Source of the DNA: Gammaproteobacteria bacterium
GTDB taxonomy: Bacteria > Pseudomonadota > Gammaproteobacteria > JBCCGL01
Reading direction: 5' to 3'
Length of the DNA stretch: 64,000 nucleotides
Assembly (NCBI GenBank): GCA_965277715.1
Contig: OZ255836.1
Coordinates: 1,088,001-1,152,000, forward strand
The number at the start of each line of letters is the position of its first letter. Position 1 is the first letter of the stretch. Below are positions 19,347-29,839 of the stretch, one piece after another. The notes under the pieces are model-generated. The model was not told where the DNA came from and ran no database searches. It was given only the letters and a program-made list of their open reading frames with translations. A program made the translations under genes and the position numbers.

Positions 19347-20999
19347 ATGAGTAAAACCCATTATTTTGATGTTGTCGTTTTTGGTTCAGGTGCGGCAGGT
19401 TTGGCGCTGGCATTGAATCTGGCCGATCAACACCGCGTTGCCGTGATCGCCAAATCAGAACTTCAGGAATGCAGTACTTACTACGCTCAGGGCGGTATAT
19501 CGGCGGTGCTGGATTCCAAAGATAGTTTTGAATCGCATATTAAAGATACACTCAACGCCGGTGCCGGGTTGTGTGATGCGGAGATTGTGCGCTACACCGT
19601 CGAGCGCGGGCCGGGCAGTATCCACTGGCTACAACAGCTCGGTGTCGACTTCAGTGAGTGGTTTAACGCTGCGGGGCAACGCCAGCCGCACTTAACACGC
19701 GAGGGCGGACACAGCCACCGGCGGGTTATCCACGCAGACGATGCAACCGGGCGTGTGGTTGAAAATACCCTGATCGACAGAGCCAGGGAAAACGCCAATA
19801 TCACGCTATTCGAGCACAGTATCGCTGTTGACCTGATTACCCAACACAAGCTCAGTACAACACCACTCAAACAGAGCCAAAACCGCTGTCTGGGTGCTTA
19901 TGTACTGAACTGCGAAAGCGAAAAAACAGAAACCTTCCTGGCCTCAGCCGTGGTACTCGCCACAGGTGGTGCCAATAAAGTATACCTCTACAGTAGCAAC
20001 CCGGATGGTTCAACAGGTGATGGCATTGCCATGGCGTGGCGTGCGGGCTGTCGTGTATCGAATATGGAATTTATGCAGTTTCACCCCACCTGCCTCTACC
20101 ATTCACGCGCCAAATCGGCATTGATTTCAGAAGCAGTGCGCGGTGAAGGTGGTCGATTGCTACTCGAAAACGGGGAGCGCTTTATGGCTCGGTTCGACCC
20201 GCGTATGGAACTGGCACCCCGCGATATTGTCGCCCGCGCCATCGACCACGAAATGAAACGCACGGGGGCAGACCATATTTATCTGGATATTTCGCACAAA
20301 CCGGCAGACTTTATCACCCACCACTTTCCGAATATTTACCAAACCTGCCAGGCCTTCGGTTTCGATATAACCCGCGAGCCCATTCCGGTGGTGCCAGCAG
20401 CGCACTATACCTGCGGAGGGGTGCTCACCAATGAACATGGATGCACCGACATCGCCTCACTGTATGCCATTGGGGAAACTGCCTGCACCGGGCTGCACGG
20501 CGCCAACCGTATGGCCAGCAATTCACTGTTGGAATGCCTGGTTTTTGCCCGCTCAGCCAGTGAGCATATTCTCAGTACGCTGACACCACAAACCGCCGAT
20601 ATAGCGGTGCCCGCCTGGGATGAAAGCCGTGTCACCGACTCAGATGAGGAAGTGGTGGTTTCGCATAACTGGGACGAGCTGCGTCGTTTTATGTGGGATT
20701 ATGTCGGTATTGTACGGACAGACAAACGCCTGGCCCGCGCCAAACACCGGGTGGATTTATTGATTAGCGAAATTGACGAGTACTACAGTAACTTCCGTGT
20801 AAGCCCCGATTTGTTGGAGCTGCGCAACCTCACCACCGTGGCCGATCTCATTATCCGCTCGGCCTTGTCGCGCAAAGAGAGCCGTGGCCTGCACTTTACG
20901 CTCGACTACCCCGAACCGGGCAGTAGCGCCGATAACACAGTACTCTCACCCGACCTCCCCTCTATCCACGCTGCACAAGGCGCAGATAAAAGCGCTTAA
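19347..20999 (+). CDS. nadB: L-aspartate oxidase
   Basis: GSGAAG, YAQGGI, REGGHS, QFHPT, HGANRMASNSL; divergent from rpoE as usual. Confidence 0.97.
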   Translation: MSKTHYFDVVVFGSGAAGLALALNLADQHRVAVIAKSELQECSTYYAQGGISAVLDSKDSFESHIKDTLNAGAGLCDAEIVRYTVERGPGSIHWLQQLGVDFSEWFNAAGQRQPHLTREGGHSHRRVIHADDATGRVVENTLIDRARENANITLFEHSIAVDLITQHKLSTTPLKQSQNRCLGAYVLNCESEKTETFLASAVVLATGGANKVYLYSSNPDGSTGDGIAMAWRAGCRVSNMEFMQFHPTCLYHSRAKSALISEAVRGEGGRLLLENGERFMARFDPRMELAPRDIVARAIDHEMKRTGADHIYLDISHKPADFITHHFPNIYQTCQAFGFDITREPIPVVPAAHYTCGGVLTNEHGCTDIASLYAIGETACTGLHGANRMASNSLLECLVFARSASEHILSTLTPQTADIAVPAWDESRVTDSDEEVVVSHNWDELRRFMWDYVGIVRTDKRLARAKHRVDLLISEIDEYYSNFRVSPDLLELRNLTTVADLIIRSALSRKESRGLHFTLDYPEPGSSADNTVLSPDLPSIHAAQGADKSA

Positions 21000-21038
21000 T
21001 GCATTATTGATTACAGACATATAAGGCCATCTCCTGCG

Positions 21039-21869
21039 ATGAACACACACCAAAAATTACCGCTCGTTATTAGCCCGGAGCAGCTTGAGGCAATAAAAGC
21101 GACGGTACATAACCTCGTCCTGGTTGACCTGCAGAATCAAGAAAACTATTCACAGGCGCATATACCCGGTGCAGTTAATCTCGATTACGCACGTATTGTC
21201 ACCAGTGATGGCGTATCTCAGGGGCTATTGCCCGATGGGGAAATATTCGCCACTGTCGCCAGGGAGTTGGGTATCCGTAGTGACAGCCAGGTAGTTGCCT
21301 ACGATGCCGAAGGGGGGGCCGCCGCCGCCCGGCTAATCTGGACACTGCATGTATTTGGCCATTGGGCCACAGCATTGCTCGATGGAGGGTTGCGCCATTG
21401 GGCCGCTCATAACCACCCGCTTGCAAACGGCTTGGCCGATAACCACCCGACGCCTGGCAATTTTGTAGCAGAACCTGCCAACCATGCTGTCATCGACGGC
21501 GACGAATTACTCAGCCGATTTGAAGACGAACAGCTCACAGTACTGGATGCGCGTTCACTGGATGAATATTGTGGAAACAAAGTGTTTGCCGCACGTGGCG
21601 GTCATATACCAGGCGCCAGACACCTGGAGTGGAGCGATGCACTGAATCCGCACCAGAATCTTTGTTTGAAACCTGACGCTGTGCTTCAGCAAATGCTCGA
21701 TGCAAACGGCATCGAAAAACAACACGAGGTGGTTGTGCACTGCCAGACACACCGACGCTCTTCACTGAGTTATGTGATGCTCAAACACCTCGGTTATAGC
21801 AATGTACGGGGTTATCACGGTTCCTGGTCTGAGTGGGGTAACCGGCAGGATACGCCGGTTACTCTTTAA
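21039..21869 (+). CDS. Tandem-domain rhodanese sulfurtransferase (RhdA/SseA-like)
   Basis: HIPGA twice, HCQTHRRS active-site loop, YHGSWSEW. Confidence 0.9.
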   Translation: MNTHQKLPLVISPEQLEAIKATVHNLVLVDLQNQENYSQAHIPGAVNLDYARIVTSDGVSQGLLPDGEIFATVARELGIRSDSQVVAYDAEGGAAAARLIWTLHVFGHWATALLDGGLRHWAAHNHPLANGLADNHPTPGNFVAEPANHAVIDGDELLSRFEDEQLTVLDARSLDEYCGNKVFAARGGHIPGARHLEWSDALNPHQNLCLKPDAVLQQMLDANGIEKQHEVVVHCQTHRRSSLSYVMLKHLGYSNVRGYHGSWSEWGNRQDTPVTL

Positions 21870-21992
21870 AGATATCTTGGTGAGGAATGCGATACGCTCT
21901 TTATGGGCGTCTAGTTTTGACATAAACAGGCTCTAACCATGTCTAAAAATACGTGTTCAGAGCCATTGATGCCACCGACTAAGGGTTGTATT

Positions 21993-22538
21993 TTAGATTT
22001 TAAACGCATGCTGACGGTAATAAATCAATTCATTGATCGAATCATAAATATCGTCGAGTGCCAGGTGCTTGCTCTCTTTCGTTATCCCCTTGGCCAGCGC
22101 AGGTGCCCAGCGTTGCACCATTTCCTTTACCGCGCTGACATCCATATTGCGGTAGTGGAAATAATCCTCCAACTCTGGCATTTGCCGCGCCATAAACCGC
22201 CTGTCCTGGCAGATGCTGTTGCCGCACATCGGTGATTTCCCCCTGGGCACGTATTTCTTCACAAAGGCCAGCGTCTGTTGCTCGGCGTCGTGCATTGATA
22301 AAGGGCTATTTTGAATCCGTGTAACCAATCCCGATGCATTGTGCTGGCGGGTATTCCACGCGTCCATCCCAGCCAATACCTCAGCAGGCTGGTAAATCGC
22401 CAACACCGGCCCTTCGGCAATGATATTTAGCGACGAGTCGGTAATAATGGTAGCGATTTCAATAATTTCATCTGTGAAGGGATCCAGGCCCGTCATTTCC
22501 AAGTCGATCCAGATAAGATGGTTCATATCACTTGCCAT
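21993..22538 (-). CDS. orn: Oligoribonuclease
   Basis: [27 protein letters not shown]; ATG at 22538. Confidence 0.97.
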   Translation of the reverse strand: MASDMNHLIWIDLEMTGLDPFTDEIIEIATIITDSSLNIIAEGPVLAIYQPAEVLAGMDAWNTRQHNASGLVTRIQNSPLSMHDAEQQTLAFVKKYVPRGKSPMCGNSICQDRRFMARQMPELEDYFHYRNMDVSAVKEMVQRWAPALAKGITKESKHLALDDIYDSINELIYYRQHAFKI

Positions 22539-22575
22539 TACATTTGTTCCTCTGCCCTTAAAAATGGCAGTATAG

Positions 22576-22953
22576 GTGATTGTCACTATTGACTACAGCG
22601 AGAAAGGGCTTTTGGATACCATTCCTTTGATACAGCAACACTGCCAGGCTTACAGCGACGATCAGCAGCCACTGACAGCGGCAGCCTGCACACCCTTGCT
22701 TAGCCAACTCGATGGCGACTGGACACTCAGCGATGACGCACAGCAAATCGACCGGCACTTCACATTTAAAAATTACGGCCAAACCATTGCCTTTGTCAAC
22801 GCCGTTGCCTGGATTGCCAACCGTGAAGACCACCACCCCGATCTCGAAGTGAGCTACCGGCACTGTCGGGTACACTATACCACCCACTCCCTGGGTGGCT
22901 TATCACACAACGATTTTATCTGCGCCGCAAAAATTGATGCGCTCATTGCCTAA
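22576..22953 (+). CDS. phhB: Pterin-4-alpha-carbinolamine dehydratase
   Basis: [27 protein letters not shown]; start uncertain. Confidence 0.9.
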   Translation: MIVTIDYSEKGLLDTIPLIQQHCQAYSDDQQPLTAAACTPLLSQLDGDWTLSDDAQQIDRHFTFKNYGQTIAFVNAVAWIANREDHHPDLEVSYRHCRVHYTTHSLGGLSHNDFICAAKIDALIA

Positions 22954-22966
22954 GCGCCGACAATTC

Positions 22967-23878
22967 ATGCCACACGAGCCATCGCAGAAAACCAACCAAC
23001 TGCATCCACTTCGCGTCATCGCCAATCACAATGCGACGATTATCGTGCAGGATGAAAACCAACAGGTTTTTCGTTGTGTCGCACGCAAAAAACTGGGCAC
23101 GGTTGTGGCCGGTGACTGGGTGCAAATCCAAAAACAGGCAACCGGGCACGCCGCTGTTGTATCGATAGCACCACGCCAGGGCGTGCTACAACGGCCTGGC
23201 CGCCGCAACGCATTAAAACCCGTCGCGGCACACTTAACCCACCTGTTGATTGTCAGTGCCATTAAACCGGGTATCGATACGCTGCTTATCGATAGTTATT
23301 GCTGCGCCGCCGAACGGGCAAATATCCAGCCTGTATTGCTGATTAATAAATCAGATATGCTCGACAAAACTGAGCTGAATACACTCACCGAAATGCTCGA
23401 CAGTTACCACCGTATTGGCTACCCGGCGGCATTACTCAGCGCCAAACACGCTATAGGGATGACACCGTTATTCGCGCTATTGCAAGACCACACCTCAGTG
23501 CTCGTCGGCCAGTCCGGCGTCGGCAAATCGTCGATTGTCAACCGGATACTGCCAGATAAAGCCATCCGCACCAGTGCACTTTCTATGACTAATGGGCAAG
23601 GAGGACACACCACAACAGCGACAACGCTGTATAATCTCGACGGCGGTGGGTGCCTTATCGACTCCCCCGGTGTGCGTGAATTTACCCTGATGCATATTAC
23701 ACAAATCGAGCTATCACGCGCATTCAGAGAGTTTACTGCCTATTCCCAGCACTGTAGATTTAGTAACTGTATACACAACAATGAACCGGGATGCGCTGTA
23801 AAACAAGCGCTTGGCAGTGGTGATATAACCACCAGTCGCTACCAAAACTATCTGACACTGCTTGAAAAAAGCACGTGA
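22967..23878 (+). CDS. rsgA: Ribosome small subunit-dependent GTPase A
   Basis: Circularly permuted NKSD, GQSGVGKSS, GHTTT, DSPG; CRFSNCIH..EPGC zinc finger. Confidence 0.95.
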   Translation: MPHEPSQKTNQLHPLRVIANHNATIIVQDENQQVFRCVARKKLGTVVAGDWVQIQKQATGHAAVVSIAPRQGVLQRPGRRNALKPVAAHLTHLLIVSAIKPGIDTLLIDSYCCAAERANIQPVLLINKSDMLDKTELNTLTEMLDSYHRIGYPAALLSAKHAIGMTPLFALLQDHTSVLVGQSGVGKSSIVNRILPDKAIRTSALSMTNGQGGHTTTATTLYNLDGGGCLIDSPGVREFTLMHITQIELSRAFREFTAYSQHCRFSNCIHNNEPGCAVKQALGSGDITTSRYQNYLTLLEKST

Positions 23879-23951
23879 TAACATCAATCCTTAATGCCGT
23901 TACAAACGGTTTACCTCGCACAACACATTGTGCGAATAACGTGGAGACACT

Positions 23952-25718
23952 ATGGCCTATCAGCATATCCAGCTTCCATCCGGTGGCAAGAAAATCACCA
24001 TTAAAAATGGCAAAATCACGGTGCCGGATAACCCTGTTGTCGGTTACGTTGAGGGCGATGGGATAGGCCCGGATATTACCCGCGCCAGCCTCAGAGTATG
24101 GGACGCCGCCGTAGCCAAAGCCTACGATGGCAAGCGCAAAATCCACTGGTGTGAATTATTTATGGGAGAAAAAGCCGCCAGTATTTACGACGGTGATTAC
24201 TTCCCCGCCGAAACCCTGCAAGCGCTGGGTGAACTGGTGGTTTCGATTAAGGGCCCACTCACCACCCCTATTGGCGGTGGGTTTCGCTCGCTTAACGTGG
24301 CACTGCGCCAGGAGCTGGATTTATACGCCTGTGTACGCCCGGTGCGCTATTACAACGGTGTGCCTTCACCGATGCGTAAGCCCGAGGAAATCGACATTGT
24401 TATTTTTCGTGAAAACACCGAAGACGTCTACAGCGGTATCGAATATAAAAGCGGGAGCGATGACAATAAAAAACTCGCCAGGTTTCTGCGTGAGGAAATG
24501 GGCGTTTCATTTTTTGAGGATGCCGGTCTGGGTATCAAACCCGTATCCGAATTTGGTAGCAAACGCCTGGTACGCAAAGCGATTCAGTACGCCATCGACC
24601 ACAAGCGCGAAAGCGTAACGCTGGTACACAAAGGCAATATTATGAAGTTCACCGAGGGCGCTTTCAGCCAGTGGGGTTACGAAGTCGCCACTGAAGAATT
24701 CCGTGAACACTGCATTACCGAAGCCGAGCTGTACGATCAATACCGTGGTGAAATCCCAGAGGGGAAAATTGTTGTCAAAGACCGCATTGCCGACATCATG
24801 TTTCAGTTGTTACAACTGCGCCCCGCAGAATTTGATGTGCTGGCCACACTTAACCTCAATGGCGATTATCTGTCTGACGCCGCTGCCGCCGAGGTCGGAG
24901 GAATCGGTATTGCACCCGGTGCCAATATCGCCGATCACGTCGCGGTATTTGAAGCCACCCACGGCACTGCCCCCAAATACGCCAATATGGACAAGGTTAA
25001 CCCGAGTTCATTGATGTTATCCGGTGTGATGATGCTGGAATATATGGGTTGGCAGGAAGCAGCGGATTTGATCAACGCCGCCTACCCACAGGTTATCGAT
25101 GAAAAGACCGTAACCTACGATTTTGCCCGGCAAATGGACGGTGCAAAAGAACAGTCGACCAGCGGCTTCGCCGATTGCCTGATCAACCATATCAATAATA
25201 TCGACGATGCCGCTGACGCCCGCGCCCAGCGACGCAAAGTGGCCGAGCAACAACGCAAAAAACTTGAAGCCGAGCGTATCGCCGACCCCGAGCGCGCCAT
25301 GAAAGCCTCTGGTCGGCGCCCGACTAACGCAGCCGGTATTATGACCAAGGTTAAGGGCACCCTGCCTGGCGATACAACTGTGCAAACATCGATGCACGTG
25401 ATGCGCGAATCGGGTATTGGTTCAATTCTGGTAAAAATGGACGATGGCGAGTGGGGCATCCTGACACGCCGTGATATTGTTAAAAAAATCATGAGTGCCA
25501 ACAAATCGCCCGCATTAGTCAAATCCAGCGAAATTGCGACAACACCCTTGATTACAGTAAAAATGGATCAGGATCTTTCCAGCATCGGCGCGCTGCTTCT
25601 GGAAAAGAATATTCACCGCGTCGTCGTGGTCAATGAAAAGGGAGAGCCAGAGGGATTAGTCTCTGAAAATGCTTTATTCAGAACGGTTGAAGCGTTTGGT
25701 TGGGGTGACGACGAATAA
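23952..25718 (+). CDS. icd: NADP-dependent isocitrate dehydrogenase with C-terminal CBS-domain pair
   Basis: [39 protein letters not shown], then a charged linker and two CBS repeats ([16 protein letters not shown]). Confidence 0.93.
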   Translation: MAYQHIQLPSGGKKITIKNGKITVPDNPVVGYVEGDGIGPDITRASLRVWDAAVAKAYDGKRKIHWCELFMGEKAASIYDGDYFPAETLQALGELVVSIKGPLTTPIGGGFRSLNVALRQELDLYACVRPVRYYNGVPSPMRKPEEIDIVIFRENTEDVYSGIEYKSGSDDNKKLARFLREEMGVSFFEDAGLGIKPVSEFGSKRLVRKAIQYAIDHKRESVTLVHKGNIMKFTEGAFSQWGYEVATEEFREHCITEAELYDQYRGEIPEGKIVVKDRIADIMFQLLQLRPAEFDVLATLNLNGDYLSDAAAAEVGGIGIAPGANIADHVAVFEATHGTAPKYANMDKVNPSSLMLSGVMMLEYMGWQEAADLINAAYPQVIDEKTVTYDFARQMDGAKEQSTSGFADCLINHINNIDDAADARAQRRKVAEQQRKKLEAERIADPERAMKASGRRPTNAAGIMTKVKGTLPGDTTVQTSMHVMRESGIGSILVKMDDGEWGILTRRDIVKKIMSANKSPALVKSSEIATTPLITVKMDQDLSSIGALLLEKNIHRVVVVNEKGEPEGLVSENALFRTVEAFGWGDDE

Positions 25719-25746
25719 CCACATTATTCAGCATTAATGGTTTAAC

Positions 25747-25767
25747 TGGGTGGCGCTAAGCCACCCA
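25747..25767. terminator. Hairpin between convergent icd and hydrolase genes
   Basis: TGGGTGGC-GCTAA-GCCACCCA perfect 8-bp stem. Confidence 0.6.
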
Positions 25768-25814
25768 TAGGTTTTAACCAAATTGCTTAACTCAAATTGA
25801 TTGGTTCAGCTCGA

Positions 25815-27044
25815 TTAACCCGCTAATGATAAAGCGGCGTGCAACAGGACATTACAACCCGCCTCCAAATCATCCGGCTCAGCACTTTCCTCTTCATTGT
25901 GGCTGATACCACCGGCACACGGCACAAAAATCATCCCCACAGGCACCACCCGGCTGACCTGGCACGCATCGTGACCGGCACCAGAAACAATATCCTGATG
26001 CGCATAACCCAGGTTTTCCGCCGCATCACGTACAGCACTAATACAACGCGGATCAAAAACGGCGGGGGGATTATCCCAAATCTCGTCGATATCGAGCGTG
26101 GTGCCCTCCTCGCGACAGATCTGATCAAAAACGGTGCGCATTTCTGCATCCATTTTACGTAACTGGGTGTAATCGGGCTGACGTATATCGACGCTGAAGA
26201 ACACCTCACCGGGTATGGTATTTCTGGAATTGGGGCTGACATCGACACTGCCGACTGTACCCACAGCATTGGGAGCATATTTTCTGGCAATATCACGCAC
26301 CGCAACAGCCATTCGCGCAGCACACACAAACGCATCGCGCCGACCTGTCATTGGCGTGGGGCCTGCGTGTGAGTCCAGGCCTTTTACGGTTACGTCATAC
26401 CACAAACTGCCCTGCCCTCCCGTCACCACACCTACCGTCTTGTTATTGGCCTCAAGAATCGGCCCCTGTTCGATATGCGCTTCAAGATAGGCGTGCATTT
26501 TATGCTCGCCACACGCCTCGGTACCCATAAACCCACTCTGCTGTAAAGCATCGCCCTGAGTAGTGCCTTCAAGGTCTTCCCGCGCCAGCGCAAATTCACG
26601 GGTAAACAGACCGGCATAAACACCCGAAGCAATCATTGCCGGTGCAAATCGTGCGCCCTCCTCGTTCATCCATACCACGATTTCCAGCGGTGCAGTCGTT
26701 TCAATCGCGTTTTCGTTGAGCGTGCGTATCACTTCGAGACCAGCGAGCACCCCATAAATGCCATCAAATTTCCCGCCGTGTGGCTGAGTGTCCAAATGAC
26801 TGCCAAACACCACAGGCGCCAGGGTATTATCACGCCCGGCCCGGCGCACAAACAGGTTTCCCATATCGTCGGTCGTCGACGTACACCCCTGCGCTTTACA
26901 CCACTGCAAAAACAGATCCCGCCCAGCTTTATCTTCCTCGCTGAGCGCCAATCGACAGCAGCCGCCATTGGGCAGTTCACCAATTTTGGCCATCGCCATT
27001 AAACTGTCCCACAGGCGTTGACCATTGACACGGGCATTGTTCAT
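25815..27044 (-). CDS. Zn-dependent N-carbamoyl amino acid hydrolase (M20; beta-ureidopropionase/allantoate amidohydrolase family)
   Basis: GSHLDTQPHGGKFDG, NEEGARF, EAHIEQG, HAGPTPM, SGAGHDA, GISHN; GAGGAG RBS before ATG at 27044. Confidence 0.92.
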   Translation of the reverse strand: MNNARVNGQRLWDSLMAMAKIGELPNGGCCRLALSEEDKAGRDLFLQWCKAQGCTSTTDDMGNLFVRRAGRDNTLAPVVFGSHLDTQPHGGKFDGIYGVLAGLEVIRTLNENAIETTAPLEIVVWMNEEGARFAPAMIASGVYAGLFTREFALAREDLEGTTQGDALQQSGFMGTEACGEHKMHAYLEAHIEQGPILEANNKTVGVVTGGQGSLWYDVTVKGLDSHAGPTPMTGRRDAFVCAARMAVAVRDIARKYAPNAVGTVGSVDVSPNSRNTIPGEVFFSVDIRQPDYTQLRKMDAEMRTVFDQICREEGTTLDIDEIWDNPPAVFDPRCISAVRDAAENLGYAHQDIVSGAGHDACQVSRVVPVGMIFVPCAGGISHNEEESAEPDDLEAGCNVLLHAALSLAG

Positions 27045-27060
27045 ACGTCTCTCCTCAAGC

Positions 27061-27939
27061 CTATGCGGGATCGCGCCGCAGGGACTGGCACAAACAGTGC
27101 ACACCGCCGCCATTCAGCGTGAACTGACTCATATCCGGTGCGTAGACCTCAAAGCCACGTTGTTTTAACGCGGCGATTAAACCATCACTCCCCGCCATTG
27201 CCATAATGCGGTTATTGCCGAGGGACACCAGATTGACACCAAGATTTTTTGCCTCGGCAAAACCGACATCGACAAAATCGAACCCCTTGGCGCGCAACCA
27301 ATCAACCACCCAGCCTTCGAGTGCATCGAGGCACGCCACAATCAACTTAGGGGCAATCGGCACAACCAGGCCATCCATATGCACAAATAGCGCGGGGATA
27401 GGTGACACCTCAGCCTCCCACCCCTCATCGCGCACCCACTGTGCAACCTGCTCGGCACCCGCCTGTTCGGAGCGTTCGCCACCGTAACCGATCAACACCG
27501 AGCCGGGTTCAATAATCACAAAATCACCGCCTTCAAAGTGCCCGGCGGTCGCGTGCTTCCAGATGGGGATATTATTGTCCTGATAAAACTTGATGGCGGT
27601 AACATAATCGGCGCGGCGCGTTTTCAATTGCATATGGCAAATCAGCGCGCCCCAGGGGGTCATTGCGCTTGAATCCCGCGCAAAAAAATTGCGGTGCAAC
27701 ACCGGATCAGCATCGATGTAATGGCACTTCACCCCATTTTCCTCGTAAATGCGCACCATTTCAGCGTGTTGCTGCTGCGCCAGATCGTAATCGAATTTAG
27801 CGCCGGTTTTGTGAGCGTTAGCCATAGTACGGCGGGTCAGTGGCCCGGCATCAGTCCAGCGAAAATAAGTCGTTTTACCCAACAACACATCGCGCAACAC
27901 ACCGTAGTCGTTCTCGATACCCGTAATTTGATCACCCAT
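27061..27939 (-). CDS. Amidinotransferase/deiminase-fold (pentein, DDAH/ADI-like) enzyme
   Basis: FARD, FEGGD, VHMD, GGGVHCL catalytic motifs. Confidence 0.88.
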   Translation of the reverse strand: MGDQITGIENDYGVLRDVLLGKTTYFRWTDAGPLTRRTMANAHKTGAKFDYDLAQQQHAEMVRIYEENGVKCHYIDADPVLHRNFFARDSSAMTPWGALICHMQLKTRRADYVTAIKFYQDNNIPIWKHATAGHFEGGDFVIIEPGSVLIGYGGERSEQAGAEQVAQWVRDEGWEAEVSPIPALFVHMDGLVVPIAPKLIVACLDALEGWVVDWLRAKGFDFVDVGFAEAKNLGVNLVSLGNNRIMAMAGSDGLIAALKQRGFEVYAPDMSQFTLNGGGVHCLCQSLRRDPA

Positions 27940-28118
27940 TTTTTACCTCATTAAAGTCTATTATTTATTGTTAGCTCGGTTTGTTAATCGCCCCCCCATG
28001 CTAATGCGCCGGATAAGCGTTGTAAATTGGAAAAACCACTCTCCAAATTTACCTGACCGAGAAGATGTCAATACTGTTTGACTTATCGAGCAATACCGTA
28101 CCATAACCACTGATGCGG

Positions 28119-28568
28119 TCAAATCCTCGGCAATTGAGGGCGAAAATCTGGACCATAAAAAGGATTGATGATATCAACGCTTGCAGGTGAAAAGTCATCA
28201 ACATTTCTTGTAACGATGGTCATGTCATGAACCATTGCTGTGGCCGCTATAAGCGCGTCTCGACCTGACCGAGGATCTGGCACATGCAATTTGGCACAGC
28301 GTTGTGCTACAACAGCATCCACTACAAGGATGCGATCAGAAAAGGCGGGTAAGACATGGGCATTAAACCAAGCGCGTAGTACTGCTCCCTGTGCTGTGTC
28401 ACGCCTCTCTACTAAAAGTATCCCCATTTCGAGTTCCAGAACGGTAATGACGGATAGAAATAGCCTTGTTGCTGAAACACTGTTAGCCCAGTCCACTACA
28501 TTTTTATCTGCTTTACCAGATGCTGCTTTTCTCAATTCAAAAATGACGTTGGTGTCTAGCAAGTACAT
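28119..28568 (-). CDS. vapC: PIN-domain VapC-type toxin
   Basis: YLLDTNV, LELEMG, RDALIAATA, TRNVDDF. Confidence 0.92.
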   Translation of the reverse strand: MYLLDTNVIFELRKAASGKADKNVVDWANSVSATRLFLSVITVLELEMGILLVERRDTAQGAVLRAWFNAHVLPAFSDRILVVDAVVAQRCAKLHVPDPRSGRDALIAATAMVHDMTIVTRNVDDFSPASVDIINPFYGPDFRPQLPRI

Positions 28569-28825
28569 CAGGAAAAATCTGCAGGTTGATGCAGTACTTT
28601 ACTCAACCGAGGCACTTCAAACTCAACTTCCGCTGCCTCTGGCATTGCCAGTAATTCGACAATGCTTTCTTTCTTATCCGTGATTTTTTGATATTCTTCA
28701 ATGGTTAATAACACATGTGCGGTACGACCTCGATCAGTAATAAATACTGGCCCAGACAAAGCGGCTCTTTTTGCCTTACCCACGTCATGATTAAGTTCTC
28801 TGCTGGAAATGGTTGTAATATTCAT
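28568..28825 (-). CDS. Phd/YefM-family antitoxin
   Basis: SSRELNHDVGKAKRAA..GPVFITDRG; stop overlaps toxin ATG. Confidence 0.9.
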   Translation of the reverse strand: MNITTISSRELNHDVGKAKRAALSGPVFITDRGRTAHVLLTIEEYQKITDKKESIVELLAMPEAAEVEFEVPRLSKVLHQPADFS

Positions 28826-28850
28826 AGCAAGTTTCACCTACTGATAGCAC

Positions 28851-28870
28851 ATGTAGGTACGTTACTACAT
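28851..28870. promoter_or_regulatory. Probable TA autoregulatory operator
   Basis: Imperfect 20-bp palindrome ATGTAGGTACGTTACTACAT 25 bp upstream of the antitoxin ATG. Confidence 0.7.
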
Positions 28871-29024
28871 TTTCCAATCAGATGGGTTGGCATACACCCT
28901 AATTCTGATATATAGACGGTGCCTGATACTGCGCAACGGCACGATTTTCTGAGGTGCATTGACAAGCACCCTTTATCTAATTGAAATACGCTCACCGGCT
29001 ATAACCAATACTGGAGAAAACTCA

Positions 29025-29273
29025 TTGTTCGCCAAGACAGGGTTTGTACTACTCATCGCACTCTTCGGCACACTGATGTTTGCCGCCGGATCGATAGCGC
29101 CAGACACTATCACGACACCACTCAATACGGCCATTGCCCGTGTGCAAAAACTTTGGCAAAGCGACACTGTGATCCCACAAACCACAACCACACCGATTAC
29201 TGAAACCACCGCCGCAACGGATAAACCAATAAGCTACAGTCGCCTGTTGCTAGATCCAGCGCTACCCCCCCTG
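29025..29273 (+). pseudogene. 5' fragment of a membrane-anchored protein gene cut by the IS3 element
   Basis: GGAG RBS plus TTG, N-terminal hydrophobic helix, T/P-rich linker; the frame runs into the IS3 left IR at 29274. Confidence 0.6.
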
Positions 29274-29344
29274 TGTCAGGCTAGTTGTCCCCCTCCCTAA
29301 ATTGAGATTCAATAAGTTATTACAGGAGGCAAAGAGAGAGTGGT

Positions 29345-29839
29345 ATGCGTTATCCAGTAGAAAGAAAGGCCGCTGTTTTAAAGAAGATGCTGCCGCCGAA
29401 CAATCAGACAATTTCCCGGTTAGCCAAAGAAGAAGGCATTGCACAAGGTACGCTTTATAGTTGGCGAGCCCAAGCAAGAGCGAAAGGCGAACTCATGCCA
29501 GATGGCGATTTGACACCAGCAGGTTGGGGTTCTTCTGATAAGTTTGCAGCGGTTCTGGAAAGTGCGTCATTAAGCGAAACAGACCTTTCAGCTTATTGCC
29601 GTCATCGTGGTTTGTACCCTGATCAGATTAAGGCGTGGCGAATGGCTTGTGAACAAGCCAATGACTGGGATCGCGCCCAAACGAAACGTTTACAAACCAG
29701 TCGTAGAGAAGCGGATAAACGTATTAAACGTCTCGAACAAGACCTGCACCGAAAGGAGAAAGCGTTAGCCGAAACAGCCGCTTTGCTGGTGCTTAGAAAA
29801 AAGGCCCAAGCGATCTGGGGGGAGGGAGAGGACGAATGA
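29345..29839 (+). CDS. IS3 transposase OrfA (HTH)
   Basis: HTH EEGIAQGTLYSW, C-terminal ALAETAALLVLRKK; A_AAA_AAG slippery site at 29797-29803. Confidence 0.9.
   Translation: MRYPVERKAAVLKKMLPPNNQTISRLAKEEGIAQGTLYSWRAQARAKGELMPDGDLTPAGWGSSDKFAAVLESASLSETDLSAYCRHRGLYPDQIKAWRMACEQANDWDRAQTKRLQTSRREADKRIKRLEQDLHRKEKALAETAALLVLRKKAQAIWGEGEDE

Noticed and set aside
23875-23888. FNR-like site GTGAT-AAC-ATCAA upstream of icd
   Set aside because: Spacer is 3 nt instead of 4 and one half-site is imperfect
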